From NCBI GenBank assembly GCA_029258885.1, contig JAPDJW010000002.1:224001-288000 (forward strand): DNA of 64,000 nt. Reading direction: 5' to 3'. The position numbers were made by a program, and so were the translations under genes. Under the pieces are notes generated by a model. It made no database searches. It worked only from the letters and a program-made list of their open reading frames with translations, and had not been told where the DNA came from. Shown one piece after another: positions 37,308 to 48,408 of the stretch. Numbering within the stretch: position 1 is the stretch's first letter; every line of letters starts with the position of its first letter. This DNA comes from Thermoproteota archaeon. Lineage in GTDB: Archaea > Thermoproteota > Thermoprotei > Thermofilales > B9-G17.

Positions 37308-38309
37308 GTGAGGGATTCTTATAGGGATGTAATCATAATTGGAGCTGGAATAGCAGGGCTTACAGCCGCGCTATATACGGCTAGACAGAAGCTTAATACT
37401 CTAGTAATAAGCATAGATTTGGGCGGTCAGCTTCTAATGGCACCTGAAATACAGAACTTCCCGGGATATGTTTCGATAAGTGGTTTTGAATTGATTAAGA
37501 AGATTGAGGAGCAGGCTAGACTATATGGAGCTGAAATAATTTTCGATGAAGTGGTTGGAATAAAGCCTGAAGATAAGCATTATATAGTATCTACCCGCTC
37601 GGGAGCGGAATACAGGACATTAGCCGTAATATTGGCATTCGGTAAGAAGCCTAAGGAGCTTGGGATACCCGGCGAGAAGGAGCTGAAGGGGAGGGGTGTT
37701 TCATACTGTGTTGTATGTGATGGCCCACTATTTAGGAACAGGAATGTTGCATTCATAAGCTGGGGTCATCACAGCGTTGAAAGCGCCACGACGCTCAGGA
37801 GCTACGCTAATAGAGTATATTGGATCTTCCCGGGCGAGAAGCCCGTGGATGACGAGGATATGCTCAACGAGATATTAAGCGGAGGAAATGTTGAGCTTGT
37901 AGCCAACGCTAAGCCCGTTGAAATAAGAGGAGAGAAAATGGTTGAAGCTATAGTCGTTGAGAACAGGAAGACCGGGGAGAGAAGAGAAATTAATGTGGAT
38001 GGAGTTTTCGTGGAGATAGGATACACAACTAAAACCGACTTTCTGAAGGGACTCGTTGAGCTTAACGAGAAGGGAGAGGTAGTAGTCGATCAGCTGTGTC
38101 GAACAAGTAGGGAGGGAATATTTGCAGCAGGAGACGTAGCGGCTATCCCGTATAAACAAGCGGTAATTTCAGCTGGCATGGGGGCTTGCGCTGCATTAAG
38201 TGCATATAACCATGTTATAGGACTTAAGGGAGGAAGAGCTAAAGTCATAGCCGACTGGAGGAAGGTTGAAATTCCGAAAAAGACTGGCAAATTCTTCCTT
38301 AAAATATAG
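37308..38309 (+). CDS. trxB: Thioredoxin reductase-like FAD/NAD(P) oxidoreductase
   Basis: IIGAGIAG, GRGVSYCVVCDG (CxxC), GVFVEIG, GIFAAGD. Confidence 0.88.
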   Translation: MRDSYRDVIIIGAGIAGLTAALYTARQKLNTLVISIDLGGQLLMAPEIQNFPGYVSISGFELIKKIEEQARLYGAEIIFDEVVGIKPEDKHYIVSTRSGAEYRTLAVILAFGKKPKELGIPGEKELKGRGVSYCVVCDGPLFRNRNVAFISWGHHSVESATTLRSYANRVYWIFPGEKPVDDEDMLNEILSGGNVELVANAKPVEIRGEKMVEAIVVENRKTGERREINVDGVFVEIGYTTKTDFLKGLVELNEKGEVVVDQLCRTSREGIFAAGDVAAIPYKQAVISAGMGACAALSAYNHVIGLKGGRAKVIADWRKVEIPKKTGKFFLKI

Positions 38310-39834
38310 GTTTTGAATATTTTTCCACGAGCTTCTCTGGAACAGTTTTTTCGCTTGCTATAATCTTAAACACCTCCGAGCTTTCTCTAGGCTTCCGCTC
38401 CTTTGTCTCTAGATCAACGTCTATCAGTCCGAACCTCATCTTAAAGCCTTGTGCCCACTCATAGTTGTCGGTTAAAGCCCAGTGAAGATATCCATATACG
38501 TTTTTCTTCTTCTCAACGTATTCCTCAAGCACCTTGAGGTGGGATACTAGGAAATACGGCCTAATATTGTCTTTTGAATCAGCTATACCATTCTCAGTCA
38601 CTATCAACGGCTTACCATATTCTGAAGCTATATCAAGTGCATCGGATAGACCTTGAGGATAAACCTCCCATCCGAAGTCGCTAACGGGCATTCCATCTAA
38701 AGACCTGCCCCCTGGCGTACAGTTAAAGCCGTATCCCTTAACGATATCAGGTATAACGGGCACGGGCGATATTAGCGGCAGCACCCACTTCCCCTTCAGC
38801 ACAATCCTAGTGTAGTAGTTTACTCCAAGCCAGTCAAGCTTATCTTTAAACTTATCTATCGAATACTTCTCCCTGCCTACAAGGCTCCTATCAATTTTCC
38901 CCCTTACTATAAACTCTAGGATCCACTTATTGTGAATATAGTTCATTAGATCTGCTGCCTTTAAATCAAGCTTCCTCTCCGAATAGGGCTTTATGGGGAC
39001 AATATTATGCACTATACCCACGTACGCCGCTGAGGGTGAGTCATCATCGGCCCTAACTTTATCATATTTCTTAATTAGATCGTATGCAACTACGTGAGCA
39101 TTAGCAATATTCAAGCAAGCCGTTTTGAATGCATTTATGTTCCTTAAGCCCGGAGGGAACCCAACCTCCGGCTGAAAGTAGCCTGCCTCAGTAACAGCCA
39201 TTGGCTCATTGAATGTAACCCAATAGTCCACTATATTCCCAAGAGACCACGCCATATATGCCGAATACTTAGCAAACTCCAATATAGTTGTCTTGTCGAC
39301 CCACCCCTTAGGCCCGCGTTTAAGCTTAGTATCTCTACAGGCTATAGGATCATGTATCCATAGGGGGAGCGTAAAGTGGTTTAAACATACAAACACCTTC
39401 AAGCCTCTATCCCTAAGGTCAAGTATTATCTCCCTATACCTGCTTACGGCCTCCTTATTCGCCAGTAAGTCAAGTTCCTCGATAGCCTTATCGTCCACTT
39501 CAACCCTAGTAATATAGCCTTCAGGGTCAAGCTCTATGCCAACTCTAACATCGAGCGTAGGCTTAGGAAAGATCCTACTCCATTCTATACCGATCCTGTA
39601 GGCATTCATCCCTATGCTGGCGGCCAGCTCGTGGTCGCTCCTAAAGAGATCCCAATAGTTTATCCCATGTTCAGGGAGATCTCCGCTAACAACTCCCCTT
39701 CTAATATTCGTTTCATCGTGAACCCACTTAAACCAGTCTGTATTAGGATCAATACTCTTCCCCTCGGGATCCCCCATCTCGAACTGGAAGCCGCTACTAG
39801 ATGCTCCCCAGAAGAACTTTTCGGGAAACGGCAT
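38299..39834 (-). CDS. Glycoside hydrolase family 1 beta-glycosidase (archaeal LacS/CelB-like)
   Basis: WGASSSGFQFEMG, IEWSRIFP, TFNEP (acid/base), VTENG (nucleophile), WALTDNYEWAQG. Confidence 0.95.
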   Translation of the reverse strand: MPFPEKFFWGASSSGFQFEMGDPEGKSIDPNTDWFKWVHDETNIRRGVVSGDLPEHGINYWDLFRSDHELAASIGMNAYRIGIEWSRIFPKPTLDVRVGIELDPEGYITRVEVDDKAIEELDLLANKEAVSRYREIILDLRDRGLKVFVCLNHFTLPLWIHDPIACRDTKLKRGPKGWVDKTTILEFAKYSAYMAWSLGNIVDYWVTFNEPMAVTEAGYFQPEVGFPPGLRNINAFKTACLNIANAHVVAYDLIKKYDKVRADDDSPSAAYVGIVHNIVPIKPYSERKLDLKAADLMNYIHNKWILEFIVRGKIDRSLVGREKYSIDKFKDKLDWLGVNYYTRIVLKGKWVLPLISPVPVIPDIVKGYGFNCTPGGRSLDGMPVSDFGWEVYPQGLSDALDIASEYGKPLIVTENGIADSKDNIRPYFLVSHLKVLEEYVEKKKNVYGYLHWALTDNYEWAQGFKMRFGLIDVDLETKERKPRESSEVFKIIASEKTVPEKLVEKYSKPIF

Positions 39835-39881
39835 CTAGACCACAAGCTTATATAAACTTTTAAAATATTAAAATTCCTGCT

Positions 39882-40472
39882 ATGTATATTCTCCCTAAAA
39901 GCTTCTATGCTAGGGATCCGAAGGTTGTTGCAATAGATCTTCTAGGAAAGGTTATCGTGAGGAAGCTGGATGGGGAAAGGTTGAGTGGAATTATAGTTGA
40001 GACTGAAGCATATTATGGGTTTAATGATCCAGCATCTAGAGCCTACGGTGGAATAAAGCCATTCTGTAGGGTAATGCTCGAGGAGCCTGGGACACTATTC
40101 ATATACATGGTACACGGCAACTGGCTACTTAACATAGTAACGCTACCTAAGGGAATACCTTCGGCGGTATTAATCAGAGCAGTTGAGCCTAAGGAGGGCA
40201 TAAAAATAATGCTTAGAAACAGGAGAGTTAAGAGAATATATGATTTAACAAACGGCCCAGGGAAGTTCACTAAAGCGTTCGGAATAACTAAGGAATATAA
40301 TGGACTAAACGTGGCTGATCCAAGTAGCCCGATAAACATAATTGATGAGGGATATAGGCCATCATCGATAGAGTCATCCCATAGAATAGGTGTAAGCAGG
40401 GATCTACCACAGAAGCTAAGATTCTATATTAAGGACAATCCGTACGTCTCTAAAGCTAAGCCTAAGGCATGA
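39882..40472 (+). CDS. mpg: DNA-3-methyladenine glycosylase (MPG/AAG family)
   Basis: IIVETEAY, AVLIRAVEP, LTNGPGKFT, SHRIGVS. Confidence 0.93.
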   Translation: MYILPKSFYARDPKVVAIDLLGKVIVRKLDGERLSGIIVETEAYYGFNDPASRAYGGIKPFCRVMLEEPGTLFIYMVHGNWLLNIVTLPKGIPSAVLIRAVEPKEGIKIMLRNRRVKRIYDLTNGPGKFTKAFGITKEYNGLNVADPSSPINIIDEGYRPSSIESSHRIGVSRDLPQKLRFYIKDNPYVSKAKPKA

Positions 40473-41319
40473 TGTACTCTACTATTGTTATCAATATTTC
40501 AATTATAATTAAAGCTATGATTAGTATTTCAAGCATAGTCTCTCTGGAAGCTGTAACTAGGTCGGACAGAATTTCACCCATCTGTAGAACTTCCTCAATC
40601 GATCTATCCAAATTATCAAATCTTTCCTCTATCTCATATATAGATCTAAGCTGTTCGTAGAGTTCCTCAAGCTCAGGATTTTCCCACGTTATTTCAGGCT
40701 TTTCCAAGACCATAATATCGGAGATGGCCTCAAGCCTAATCTTTAATACATGTGTTAGCTCTCTAATGGTCGATTTAACTCTAAATAGAGCTCCCCTTTT
40801 CTCAAATACCGACAGGATCCTATCAGCTTTCTCTAGAGCGTCGTCGACATCTCTTTCAAGCCTCTCCAAGGCAACGGACTGTGCAAGAACAAACGATATT
40901 ATTTCGAGAGTATTTCTGTTAAACATGTCATCAGTAACTATACATGCTCTTTCTGTTGCAACTAGATTATACTTATGCTCTTGCTTAAACCCCGTATCCT
41001 TTAATGCTTTCTCAAATTCACGTGTATCTCTGCACTTAATTATCTCGTACTTCTCAGTTATAGGCGGCAGTAGCCTCCTCACGTAGTCCCTTAACTGATC
41101 TATTACGTCCTGCGCCATACCCTTATAGGGATCTATAAGCACGAAGCTTCCGAAGGAGTAGAAGTAGACAGTTCTACCCTTAAATTCGATTACCAGCGGC
41201 TTCTCCCATGAACGCCTAAATCCTTTTCCAAGGATCCTCTTAGAAAGCCTGTAGAGGTCTATTTCCTTAGCTACATTATATGCGGCTATCTCTATCTTCT
41301 CCACAACTATCCCCGACAA
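40462..41319 (-). CDS. RMD1/DUF155 family protein
   Basis: YSFGSFV, SFVLAQSVALERLE, LEKPEITWENPELEELY, LEILIIALIIIE C-terminal TM. Confidence 0.85.
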   Translation of the reverse strand: MSGIVVEKIEIAAYNVAKEIDLYRLSKRILGKGFRRSWEKPLVIEFKGRTVYFYSFGSFVLIDPYKGMAQDVIDQLRDYVRRLLPPITEKYEIIKCRDTREFEKALKDTGFKQEHKYNLVATERACIVTDDMFNRNTLEIISFVLAQSVALERLERDVDDALEKADRILSVFEKRGALFRVKSTIRELTHVLKIRLEAISDIMVLEKPEITWENPELEELYEQLRSIYEIEERFDNLDRSIEEVLQMGEILSDLVTASRETMLEILIIALIIIEILITIVEYIMP

Positions 41320-42349
41320 GCCTAAGCCAGGTTTTCATCAATACGGAGGATATCTGGGGGAAACTAAGAACGTATGCTATTAGCCTATGCCCAATCCTAT
41401 AGGCAACCTCCTCGTTACTGGGTAGAAGACGCAGTAGAATTCGACCGCCCTTAAAGAAGTATCTCTCACCAGGTATAAACCTATCCTCAAGTATTGGGGC
41501 TGCAAAAACCTCAGTCAATCTTAAGACGAGCTTCCTTAAAAGCTCGTTCCTAAGCCTCCACGCAAGCTTCCTAGCTCTAAGCAGTAGCCTAAGTATCTCT
41601 ATGCCTTTAATCCTGAAGTATCCCTTCCGGAGGAGCTCCTCTATAAACCTTGAGTCCCTAGGATCAGCCTCTATGCCCAGCCTCTCCAGCTCATCCCTAG
41701 TTACGTTTATGTATCCGCCCCTAAGATCGTAGACTAAGTCTAGGATATCGTCCAGCATGCCCAATGCAATGCCTAGGTCTTCAGCTATCTTATCTACATA
41801 CGCATCCTTAAAACCGCATAGCGTGAAGTATAGCTTAAAGAAGCATACGGCCTTCTTATATAGCAGATTCCTCATGACACCGTCATTAAGTATAATCCAT
41901 CTTCTCTCAGCATCCATCCTAGCGCTCTCATAAAGCTCTTTAATTATGTATATGATGCTTTTATCGTAAAACCTGTGTACGTTATCTATGAACTGTTGAA
42001 GCCATAAATACCTAAGATGTTCACCGGACCTAAACTCATACTCGTTATCAAAGCACTTCCTGACAACCTCCCACTCCTTATCCAGTATTTCGAGCTGTCT
42101 TCTTCTAGAGAGCCTCGGCCTATCAATAACGTCATCTATCTCCCTTATATAGGCCCACGCCAGAGACCACGTCTCCGATCCGATACGCTTAGGAACCATC
42201 TGGCTGAAGTAGTGGAGGAAATCTCTAAACCTCAAATATTTCCTCGCGGAATTTACCTTAAACGAATACGATATACATTCGTTAGGATAGGTTAGATAAA
42301 GCAACAGTCCAGTGCCACAAACTTTTACCTTCATCAAATCCTCTCTCAA
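41276..42349 (-). CDS. Class I isoprenoid synthase fold protein (squalene/phytoene synthase-like)
   Basis: YIREIDDVID and LGMLDDILD Asp-rich motifs at typical spacing; GYINVTRDEL resembles the GRIYLP motif. Confidence 0.65.
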   Translation of the reverse strand: MREDLMKVKVCGTGLLLYLTYPNECISYSFKVNSARKYLRFRDFLHYFSQMVPKRIGSETWSLAWAYIREIDDVIDRPRLSRRRQLEILDKEWEVVRKCFDNEYEFRSGEHLRYLWLQQFIDNVHRFYDKSIIYIIKELYESARMDAERRWIILNDGVMRNLLYKKAVCFFKLYFTLCGFKDAYVDKIAEDLGIALGMLDDILDLVYDLRGGYINVTRDELERLGIEADPRDSRFIEELLRKGYFRIKGIEILRLLLRARKLAWRLRNELLRKLVLRLTEVFAAPILEDRFIPGERYFFKGGRILLRLLPSNEEVAYRIGHRLIAYVLSFPQISSVLMKTWLRLVGDSCGEDRDSRI

Positions 42350-42425
42350 CAGTTTACATGCTATAACCTATACATCACCCTAATATATTTAAGCCTAATT
42401 TCGGTAAAAAGGTCAGCTATAATTA

Positions 42426-45400
42426 TTAAAGTAAACCGGTTTCTCTTTCCCTTAGAATATTCATTATTTTCTCTATCTTTAGCATTTGTTCATTATATCT
42501 TTTAAGCTTAGAATCTAATGGTTTCTTCTTCCTTAGGTATTCGCGCTCGCTTATCTCCCTAAGCTTATATGCTACATCAAGCTTTTCTATCTCGGAGCTT
42601 ATTCTAGAAATCTCATCCCTGAGCTGCTTGTAGAATGGCTCAAGTTTAAGTGATATAGCCCTCAAATTCCTATAGAGCTTATCAAGCTCACTCTGATACT
42701 TAACCAAGTAGTCTCTATAGAGGCTCGGCGATATCCTAGTTTTAATATTCTCTAGAGTATTGAGTCTCTCTTTTACATCCTCTATTTTCTCGAGAACCTT
42801 ATCAGCCTGTTCAAATAATTCATCAAGAGTAAACGCCTCTCTAGGCGCCCTCCTCCTAAGGATTATGTATCTGATCTGGGCCGCCTTCCAGTCGGGATAC
42901 TTAAGAATATTCTTCTCCAAATTATACACTGTATCGCTTAAGTATATGTAGTCCTTATACTCTTTAGGCAGCTCGAGCACTAGCCTCACTATATCTCCCT
43001 CTCTTCGAGTCACAAGCCTAGCTCTAATACTCTCAGGGGTCCTAAGGTGAGGAACCTTAATGTTGAAGTCTACCGAGAACGTGCCGTCCAGCCTAATCTC
43101 CTCGGATAGAAACTCCTTCCTTGAAACTATCCTCTCCTTAATGAACTTATATAGGAGCTTTGTCTCAAAGACCGATACCTTAATTGGGAGAATGTATCTG
43201 GCTACATCCTTTTCTATCCTCAAATCCTCCTGAGAAATAACCTTCCTACTAGCTCTCCCCAATAAAGTCATTTTGCGGACCTTAAGGCTGGGATATATTC
43301 CAGCAAGCAGCGAAACTATTATTCCGAGAGCAAAGGATATGTATGCAGATTCTATAGTCATAAAGGCAGCCTCCTCGGACTTCATAAATGGAACGCCGGT
43401 TATTGTCGTTAAATCAATGGTAAACCTAAGCACGGCCGGGTAGATAACCCAGCCAATAAAGGAGGAGATAAAGCCCAATATTAAGGCTTCAATAAGCACC
43501 ATCTGGGACAATACGTGGGGTACACCACCGAGAATTGCAAGCATCTTAATATCACGTCTCCTTTCCTCGAAGACATTTATCATAACTATTAAAACCATAA
43601 ATGAGGAGATAATGATAGGAACCACTGCGGATTCAAGCCCCTTAACAGCCAGAAAGAACGCTTTTTCGTACACAACCCCATATCCATTGGAGAATACTAT
43701 GACTTTTGCTGGATAAAGTAGCGCAAGCTTTACGCCTAAATCATGGAGCTTACTGGTATCATTAACCATTAGAACAACTGTTTGAATAGCCATGTCCGAG
43801 TGATCCGTTTGACTTGACGGAATTATAACGCCTATATCGCCGTGGATAAATAGTTTCTCGGAGTTAAAGAGCGACATATTTTCTAGGCATCGATAGTCCA
43901 CTATGCAGGTAACCTTCAAGGGTTTAGACATAGGAGTCGCGGGAACAAGCCCAGCTTGAGGAGCTTCTATGGCATTGTACGGCGTAACATAGCTACCCAA
44001 GCTCGTGAATATTGATACCTTGCTTGAGAGAATTATACCGTCTTCATGCTCCTTGGGCACGTAGCCTAGCAGAATATACGGGGTAATATTTAGGTACTTT
44101 ATAATCAGCGAAGTATTCATTGAAATTGCGTCGATTAGATAATTGGCGTTGGAAATCGATAAAAGCGTGCCTGCGTAAGTGAAGTTCTTAACTCGAATCA
44201 GGTACATCTCCTTTGAGCCCGTTAAGTTAGTGATCCACCTAATTTCAGATGGGTTAAAGCCGTCTGGCCGTCTTATCAGATTAATCTTAACAATTATGCC
44301 TGAGCCCTTGATGTTAACCTTTACCCTGCTCTCAAATAGCCCAGCGGATACGTTAACCTTCACCACTGATAGGAGTGAAGAGATAGTTAGCACTAGCGTA
44401 ACTATTGTAAGCAAGGTTCTCCACTTTCTAGCTTTCATGTATTGAATAATTAGCGTTAACGAAAGCTTCCTTTCAGGCTTCATAATGAACGATAAAGCTA
44501 TGTATATACCATAGACCAAGCTTCCAAACAATATTATGGATGCGAACAGTGCACCGTATTCGAAGGACGCTATGGGTATGCCTATACGCTCAAGCAACGT
44601 TGCCGACGCAATCCTAAAGGCTGGCTGAGTCTCGAATAAAGTAATCATCATAAGGAAGAATATAGCCGTCCTAATAATGAACGCAGACTTCCTATCCCAA
44701 GAAAGCAGCGATGCGACAGCTATAGAGAAGCCTAAAACTAGAAGTATCATAAGTAGGGATGAGTAGAATGATAGGCTTTTAACCTTTCCAGCCTCGATCC
44801 ACATACGATCTAGAGTATCGATAAGGGTATTCAATGCACCGATAGCATTCTCGAAATCTCCTCTTTCAATTAAATCAATTATATGCTGTTTAAGCATCAG
44901 TAATGTTTCAACTTCAATACTGCTTACTATCGGATAGCCGAATGAATTAAACCAGTCTATTTCCGAGAATAACATTCTATACTTAACGGCTAGGTATTCT
45001 TTGATGTAATATGCTGAAAACGGTATATAGTTTGTCGAATTCGTTATGAAAACGTTCATTTTAAGGTAGGGTATAAGTTCTCTGCTATATCTCTGGAAAG
45101 CCTTCTCTCCATATTCTATAGTAATAGCATAGCTCATGGGTAGGAGATACGTTGAGTAATACTTTGAATATATGTGGTTCGCGGCCTTTAATCCGGGCCT
45201 TACAATTAGGCTTAACTTTTTCCTACTTATTGGATTATAGTCGGAGATATTAACGAGTTTACCCCTTAAGACCCATATTCTACCGATAACAACCGTATAG
45301 TTACTGAAGCTTTTCACCTCTAAATTAGCGTCAATGCCTTTAACGATAGTAGTATTGTCGATGAGCCTAAATAGCCCCGTGTAACCGACCAGCTCTAAAA

Positions 45401-45728
45401 ATATATTCTCAATCTTTACTGGAACTAGACCATAGCTATAGCCTATACTTATCTCACGGAGTCTAGCCGATGTAGGCTTAAAGTCCAACTGCGTATGATA
45501 TAGTATGTATCCAGAGGCGTTAGTTATACCCGAAAATATGTATTCGCCGACGTTGGTAGATACTTTCACCGATAAGCTAGCATTATGGACGGCTTCCTCC
45601 GTGAAGTAGTCTCTCACCTGGATGGCTATGTACATACTATGTTCCGTAGGTTCGCTGTACAGGTGAGGAATACTAAGGAATATAGCTGAGATTGAAACCA
45701 AAAGAATAAGCATGGCAAACTTATTCAT
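42426..45728 (-). CDS. Large multi-domain membrane protein with FtsX/MacB-like permease module and cytoplasmic coiled-coil tail
   Basis: Real start probably ATG 45728 (MNKFAML, signal peptide). Several TM blocks; RKWRTLLTIVTL and EERRRDIKMLAILGG...LIEALILG FtsX motifs; helical C-terminus. Confidence 0.8.
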   Translation of the reverse strand: MNKFAMLILLVSISAIFLSIPHLYSEPTEHSMYIAIQVRDYFTEEAVHNASLSVKVSTNVGEYIFSGITNASGYILYHTQLDFKPTSARLREISIGYSYGLVPVKIENIFLELVGYTGLFRLIDNTTIVKGIDANLEVKSFSNYTVVIGRIWVLRGKLVNISDYNPISRKKLSLIVRPGLKAANHIYSKYYSTYLLPMSYAITIEYGEKAFQRYSRELIPYLKMNVFITNSTNYIPFSAYYIKEYLAVKYRMLFSEIDWFNSFGYPIVSSIEVETLLMLKQHIIDLIERGDFENAIGALNTLIDTLDRMWIEAGKVKSLSFYSSLLMILLVLGFSIAVASLLSWDRKSAFIIRTAIFFLMMITLFETQPAFRIASATLLERIGIPIASFEYGALFASIILFGSLVYGIYIALSFIMKPERKLSLTLIIQYMKARKWRTLLTIVTLVLTISSLLSVVKVNVSAGLFESRVKVNIKGSGIIVKINLIRRPDGFNPSEIRWITNLTGSKEMYLIRVKNFTYAGTLLSISNANYLIDAISMNTSLIIKYLNITPYILLGYVPKEHEDGIILSSKVSIFTSLGSYVTPYNAIEAPQAGLVPATPMSKPLKVTCIVDYRCLENMSLFNSEKLFIHGDIGVIIPSSQTDHSDMAIQTVVLMVNDTSKLHDLGVKLALLYPAKVIVFSNGYGVVYEKAFFLAVKGLESAVVPIIISSFMVLIVMINVFEERRRDIKMLAILGGVPHVLSQMVLIEALILGFISSFIGWVIYPAVLRFTIDLTTITGVPFMKSEEAAFMTIESAYISFALGIIVSLLAGIYPSLKVRKMTLLGRASRKVISQEDLRIEKDVARYILPIKVSVFETKLLYKFIKERIVSRKEFLSEEIRLDGTFSVDFNIKVPHLRTPESIRARLVTRREGDIVRLVLELPKEYKDYIYLSDTVYNLEKNILKYPDWKAAQIRYIILRRRAPREAFTLDELFEQADKVLEKIEDVKERLNTLENIKTRISPSLYRDYLVKYQSELDKLYRNLRAISLKLEPFYKQLRDEISRISSEIEKLDVAYKLREISEREYLRKKKPLDSKLKRYNEQMLKIEKIMNILRERETGLL

Positions 45729-45738
45729 ACAACCACCT

Positions 45739-48408
45739 CTACAGCTTTCTAAGCTTTTCCTCATACTCCTTCTTAAGCTTAACATAGTACTTCTCCTCAA
45801 CGAGCCCCTTCCTGTATAGATCCTCAAGCCTCTCGAGGAGCTGCTTATACCTCATCTTCTCCCTATATGCCACGCTTTCAGTCCTATACCACCAGAACCC
45901 TATCCCAGACCACATCACGATAACCACAGCCGCAAGAATCCAGAGATAGCTTGTAGGCTTAACACTTAAAGTTAGGACAAGATTCCTACCAACATCTACT
46001 ACCTTCTCTATAAAGTACTGCCCCTTAGATACAGATATCCTAAACATACCCTTAGGCAAAATTAAGCTTACCCTGCCGAGAGAGTCTGTGTAAGCCTTCA
46101 CCTCCTGGGTACGCCAGCCCGGTGGAGCCTTACCTTCAACAGCCGTAACCCTAACTAAGGCGTAAGCTAGGGGTGTGTTCTCAGCATAAACGTATATGGT
46201 AACGTTATACACGTCGACCCTAAGCTTAACAACCTCTCCCGTGAGGTTTATCATGTAATAGTTTAAGTTTACATCGCCCCACTTGATAATAACTGTATAT
46301 CTTCCTATCGGCAGTCTAGACTTGAATACCATACCATTATCATCGCTTATGTCCATGAAGAGGAGATTGCCTTCACTGTCCAGTAGGCTAACGTATAGTC
46401 CTTTAATAGGCTTACCATAGCTATTAATTAACTGTATCGTCATATCGGCTAGGCTAAAGTTAAAATTAAAGTCTACATTTCCAGCTAGGTATAAACTTCT
46501 ATTCATACACAGTTCGTTATACTTGGCTAGGACAATGTAGCTATCCGAGGTTAGGTTACGGAATTCAATAATACCGCTTGAGTTTGTAACACCCTTTGCT
46601 ACCACTTCACCGCTAGTATTTGAGTAAAGCAATACTATACAGCTGGGGAGGGGCTTTCCCAAGTAATCGCTACACCTAATAGTTAAATTAAACCTAGGCT
46701 CTTTCCTCTTAGGTATAAATGGTATTATTGAAACATTAACAATCTTTTCAAGTGTAGTGTATCCGTATTCACTTAGCATTGAAACTTCTATCTCATGATT
46801 ACCTTCAACTAACGGTAGCACGGTAAAGTTTGCTGAAATACTGCTACCAGACGATAAATTTAGGAAGTAAAGCGAATTATTTCCAATTATCTTAAGCCCC
46901 TCATCAACGTTCACAGCTAACGTGAGGTTCCTGACGTTCTCCATTACATCCACGAGTACTGTTACGTTAAACAGCTCATCAACCTCAACCTCGGAGGGGG
47001 AACTAAGCCCCATTCTAAATGGATAGATCACGGGAGAAAGCTGTAAATGTATCTTCAGAAGCATTTCAAGCATCAATTTTCTCAGCCTATCCACGCTATC
47101 GGAATATATCGAAGCTAGACATACTCCGTACTTAAGGCTTAGGGTATCATTCTTAATTATATCTGGTTCAAGCTGATAAGCCAGCGATAAGGTGTCCCCC
47201 TCCTTCAATACTACTAAACGCCTAAGAGAACTACTTAAATTGAAAAGTCCGTCGGTGGGGTTTTCAATTAACAGCTCTAGGGCATCGCTTAAGTTCTGCA
47301 GGTAGGCGAGCGAATCAATTAGATAGGTTATGTTTAATCCCTCGCTAATACTCTTGGATGCATAAAGTATCGAGGTGAAGTTCCTAACAATATTACTATA
47401 AAATGTTATTGTTTCATTTGTGGCTGTCTGATTTAAATAATTCACTATAGTCTTATTCAGTATTAGCGGGAGATTTAGCATCGTATCATTAATGAGAATA
47501 GCTAATCCACGTTTTTCTCCGGAGTTAAGGTATAGCCATGAAGGAGCCGGATAAATGCTTTTAACTATACGGTCTTCACTTAAATTGATCGTAACATTAT
47601 TTCTGGCGTTTATCTTATCAAATATTTCGCCGTTTAAATCCAGGATTATGGGATAGATTGCTTTAATATCGTAAGATCTACTGATTTCAAGCGTTAATTC
47701 CATATAGACTAGAGGGGTGAACGAGGAGAAGTAATAGATCCTGCTGTAGTTTATTCCGTACCCCTCCTGTACTATTCTTATAACCGATACGAGAGAGCTA
47801 TTAACATCAACGTATATTCCCTGAATATCCAGGTCGCTTGAGGTTACGATAGAGCCATTGGACAGGAATATCGAGAAGCCTGGGAAATTAAATCCGTAAA
47901 TACTTATGCTTTCATCGGATACATTCTTTAATATAAGCCTATATAGACCGCCGTACACACTTATATTAAACCTGGCATTAACGGAACTAGTGTAGACCAC
48001 TATATCTCCAGTAGCGTTTTCACGCCTTACAATAAAGTTTCCAACATGCTCTCCAACCATTTCATTGCTGTAGAATTCAACCAGTAGATTCCTATACGAG
48101 AACGGCGGCACCCTAACGTATACGGCTAGCCTAACCGTGCTGTAAAAGCATGAATTACCATAGAATTTCTCATCGAGAATATAATAGCTAGTCTCCTGTC
48201 CTTCCTCATACTTTACGGATAACGTCCCGTTATAGGCTTCTCCGTACGAAAACTTCACATCGAAATATATTAGCCCATTATATTCAAAGGGTAGAGGGTT
48301 AAGAACAATAACTTTTCTGAATCCAGTTTCTTCTGCGGGCTTGGAAGGATACGGAGGAACGTAATGAACTATGAGAAGAAGAACCAGAATCAAAAATATT
48401 CTTCTCAT
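45739..48408 (-). CDS. Surface-anchored glycoprotein-like protein with Ig/carboxypeptidase-regulatory-like repeats and SHOCT-like tail
   Basis: Signal peptide, many NxS/T sequons, repeats GKPL...TNSSG / GKPI...SDDNG / TDSLG, C-terminal TM then LERLEDLYRKGLVEEKYY. Confidence 0.8.
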   Translation of the reverse strand: MRRIFLILVLLLIVHYVPPYPSKPAEETGFRKVIVLNPLPFEYNGLIYFDVKFSYGEAYNGTLSVKYEEGQETSYYILDEKFYGNSCFYSTVRLAVYVRVPPFSYRNLLVEFYSNEMVGEHVGNFIVRRENATGDIVVYTSSVNARFNISVYGGLYRLILKNVSDESISIYGFNFPGFSIFLSNGSIVTSSDLDIQGIYVDVNSSLVSVIRIVQEGYGINYSRIYYFSSFTPLVYMELTLEISRSYDIKAIYPIILDLNGEIFDKINARNNVTINLSEDRIVKSIYPAPSWLYLNSGEKRGLAILINDTMLNLPLILNKTIVNYLNQTATNETITFYSNIVRNFTSILYASKSISEGLNITYLIDSLAYLQNLSDALELLIENPTDGLFNLSSSLRRLVVLKEGDTLSLAYQLEPDIIKNDTLSLKYGVCLASIYSDSVDRLRKLMLEMLLKIHLQLSPVIYPFRMGLSSPSEVEVDELFNVTVLVDVMENVRNLTLAVNVDEGLKIIGNNSLYFLNLSSGSSISANFTVLPLVEGNHEIEVSMLSEYGYTTLEKIVNVSIIPFIPKRKEPRFNLTIRCSDYLGKPLPSCIVLLYSNTSGEVVAKGVTNSSGIIEFRNLTSDSYIVLAKYNELCMNRSLYLAGNVDFNFNFSLADMTIQLINSYGKPIKGLYVSLLDSEGNLLFMDISDDNGMVFKSRLPIGRYTVIIKWGDVNLNYYMINLTGEVVKLRVDVYNVTIYVYAENTPLAYALVRVTAVEGKAPPGWRTQEVKAYTDSLGRVSLILPKGMFRISVSKGQYFIEKVVDVGRNLVLTLSVKPTSYLWILAAVVIVMWSGIGFWWYRTESVAYREKMRYKQLLERLEDLYRKGLVEEKYYVKLKKEYEEKLRKL

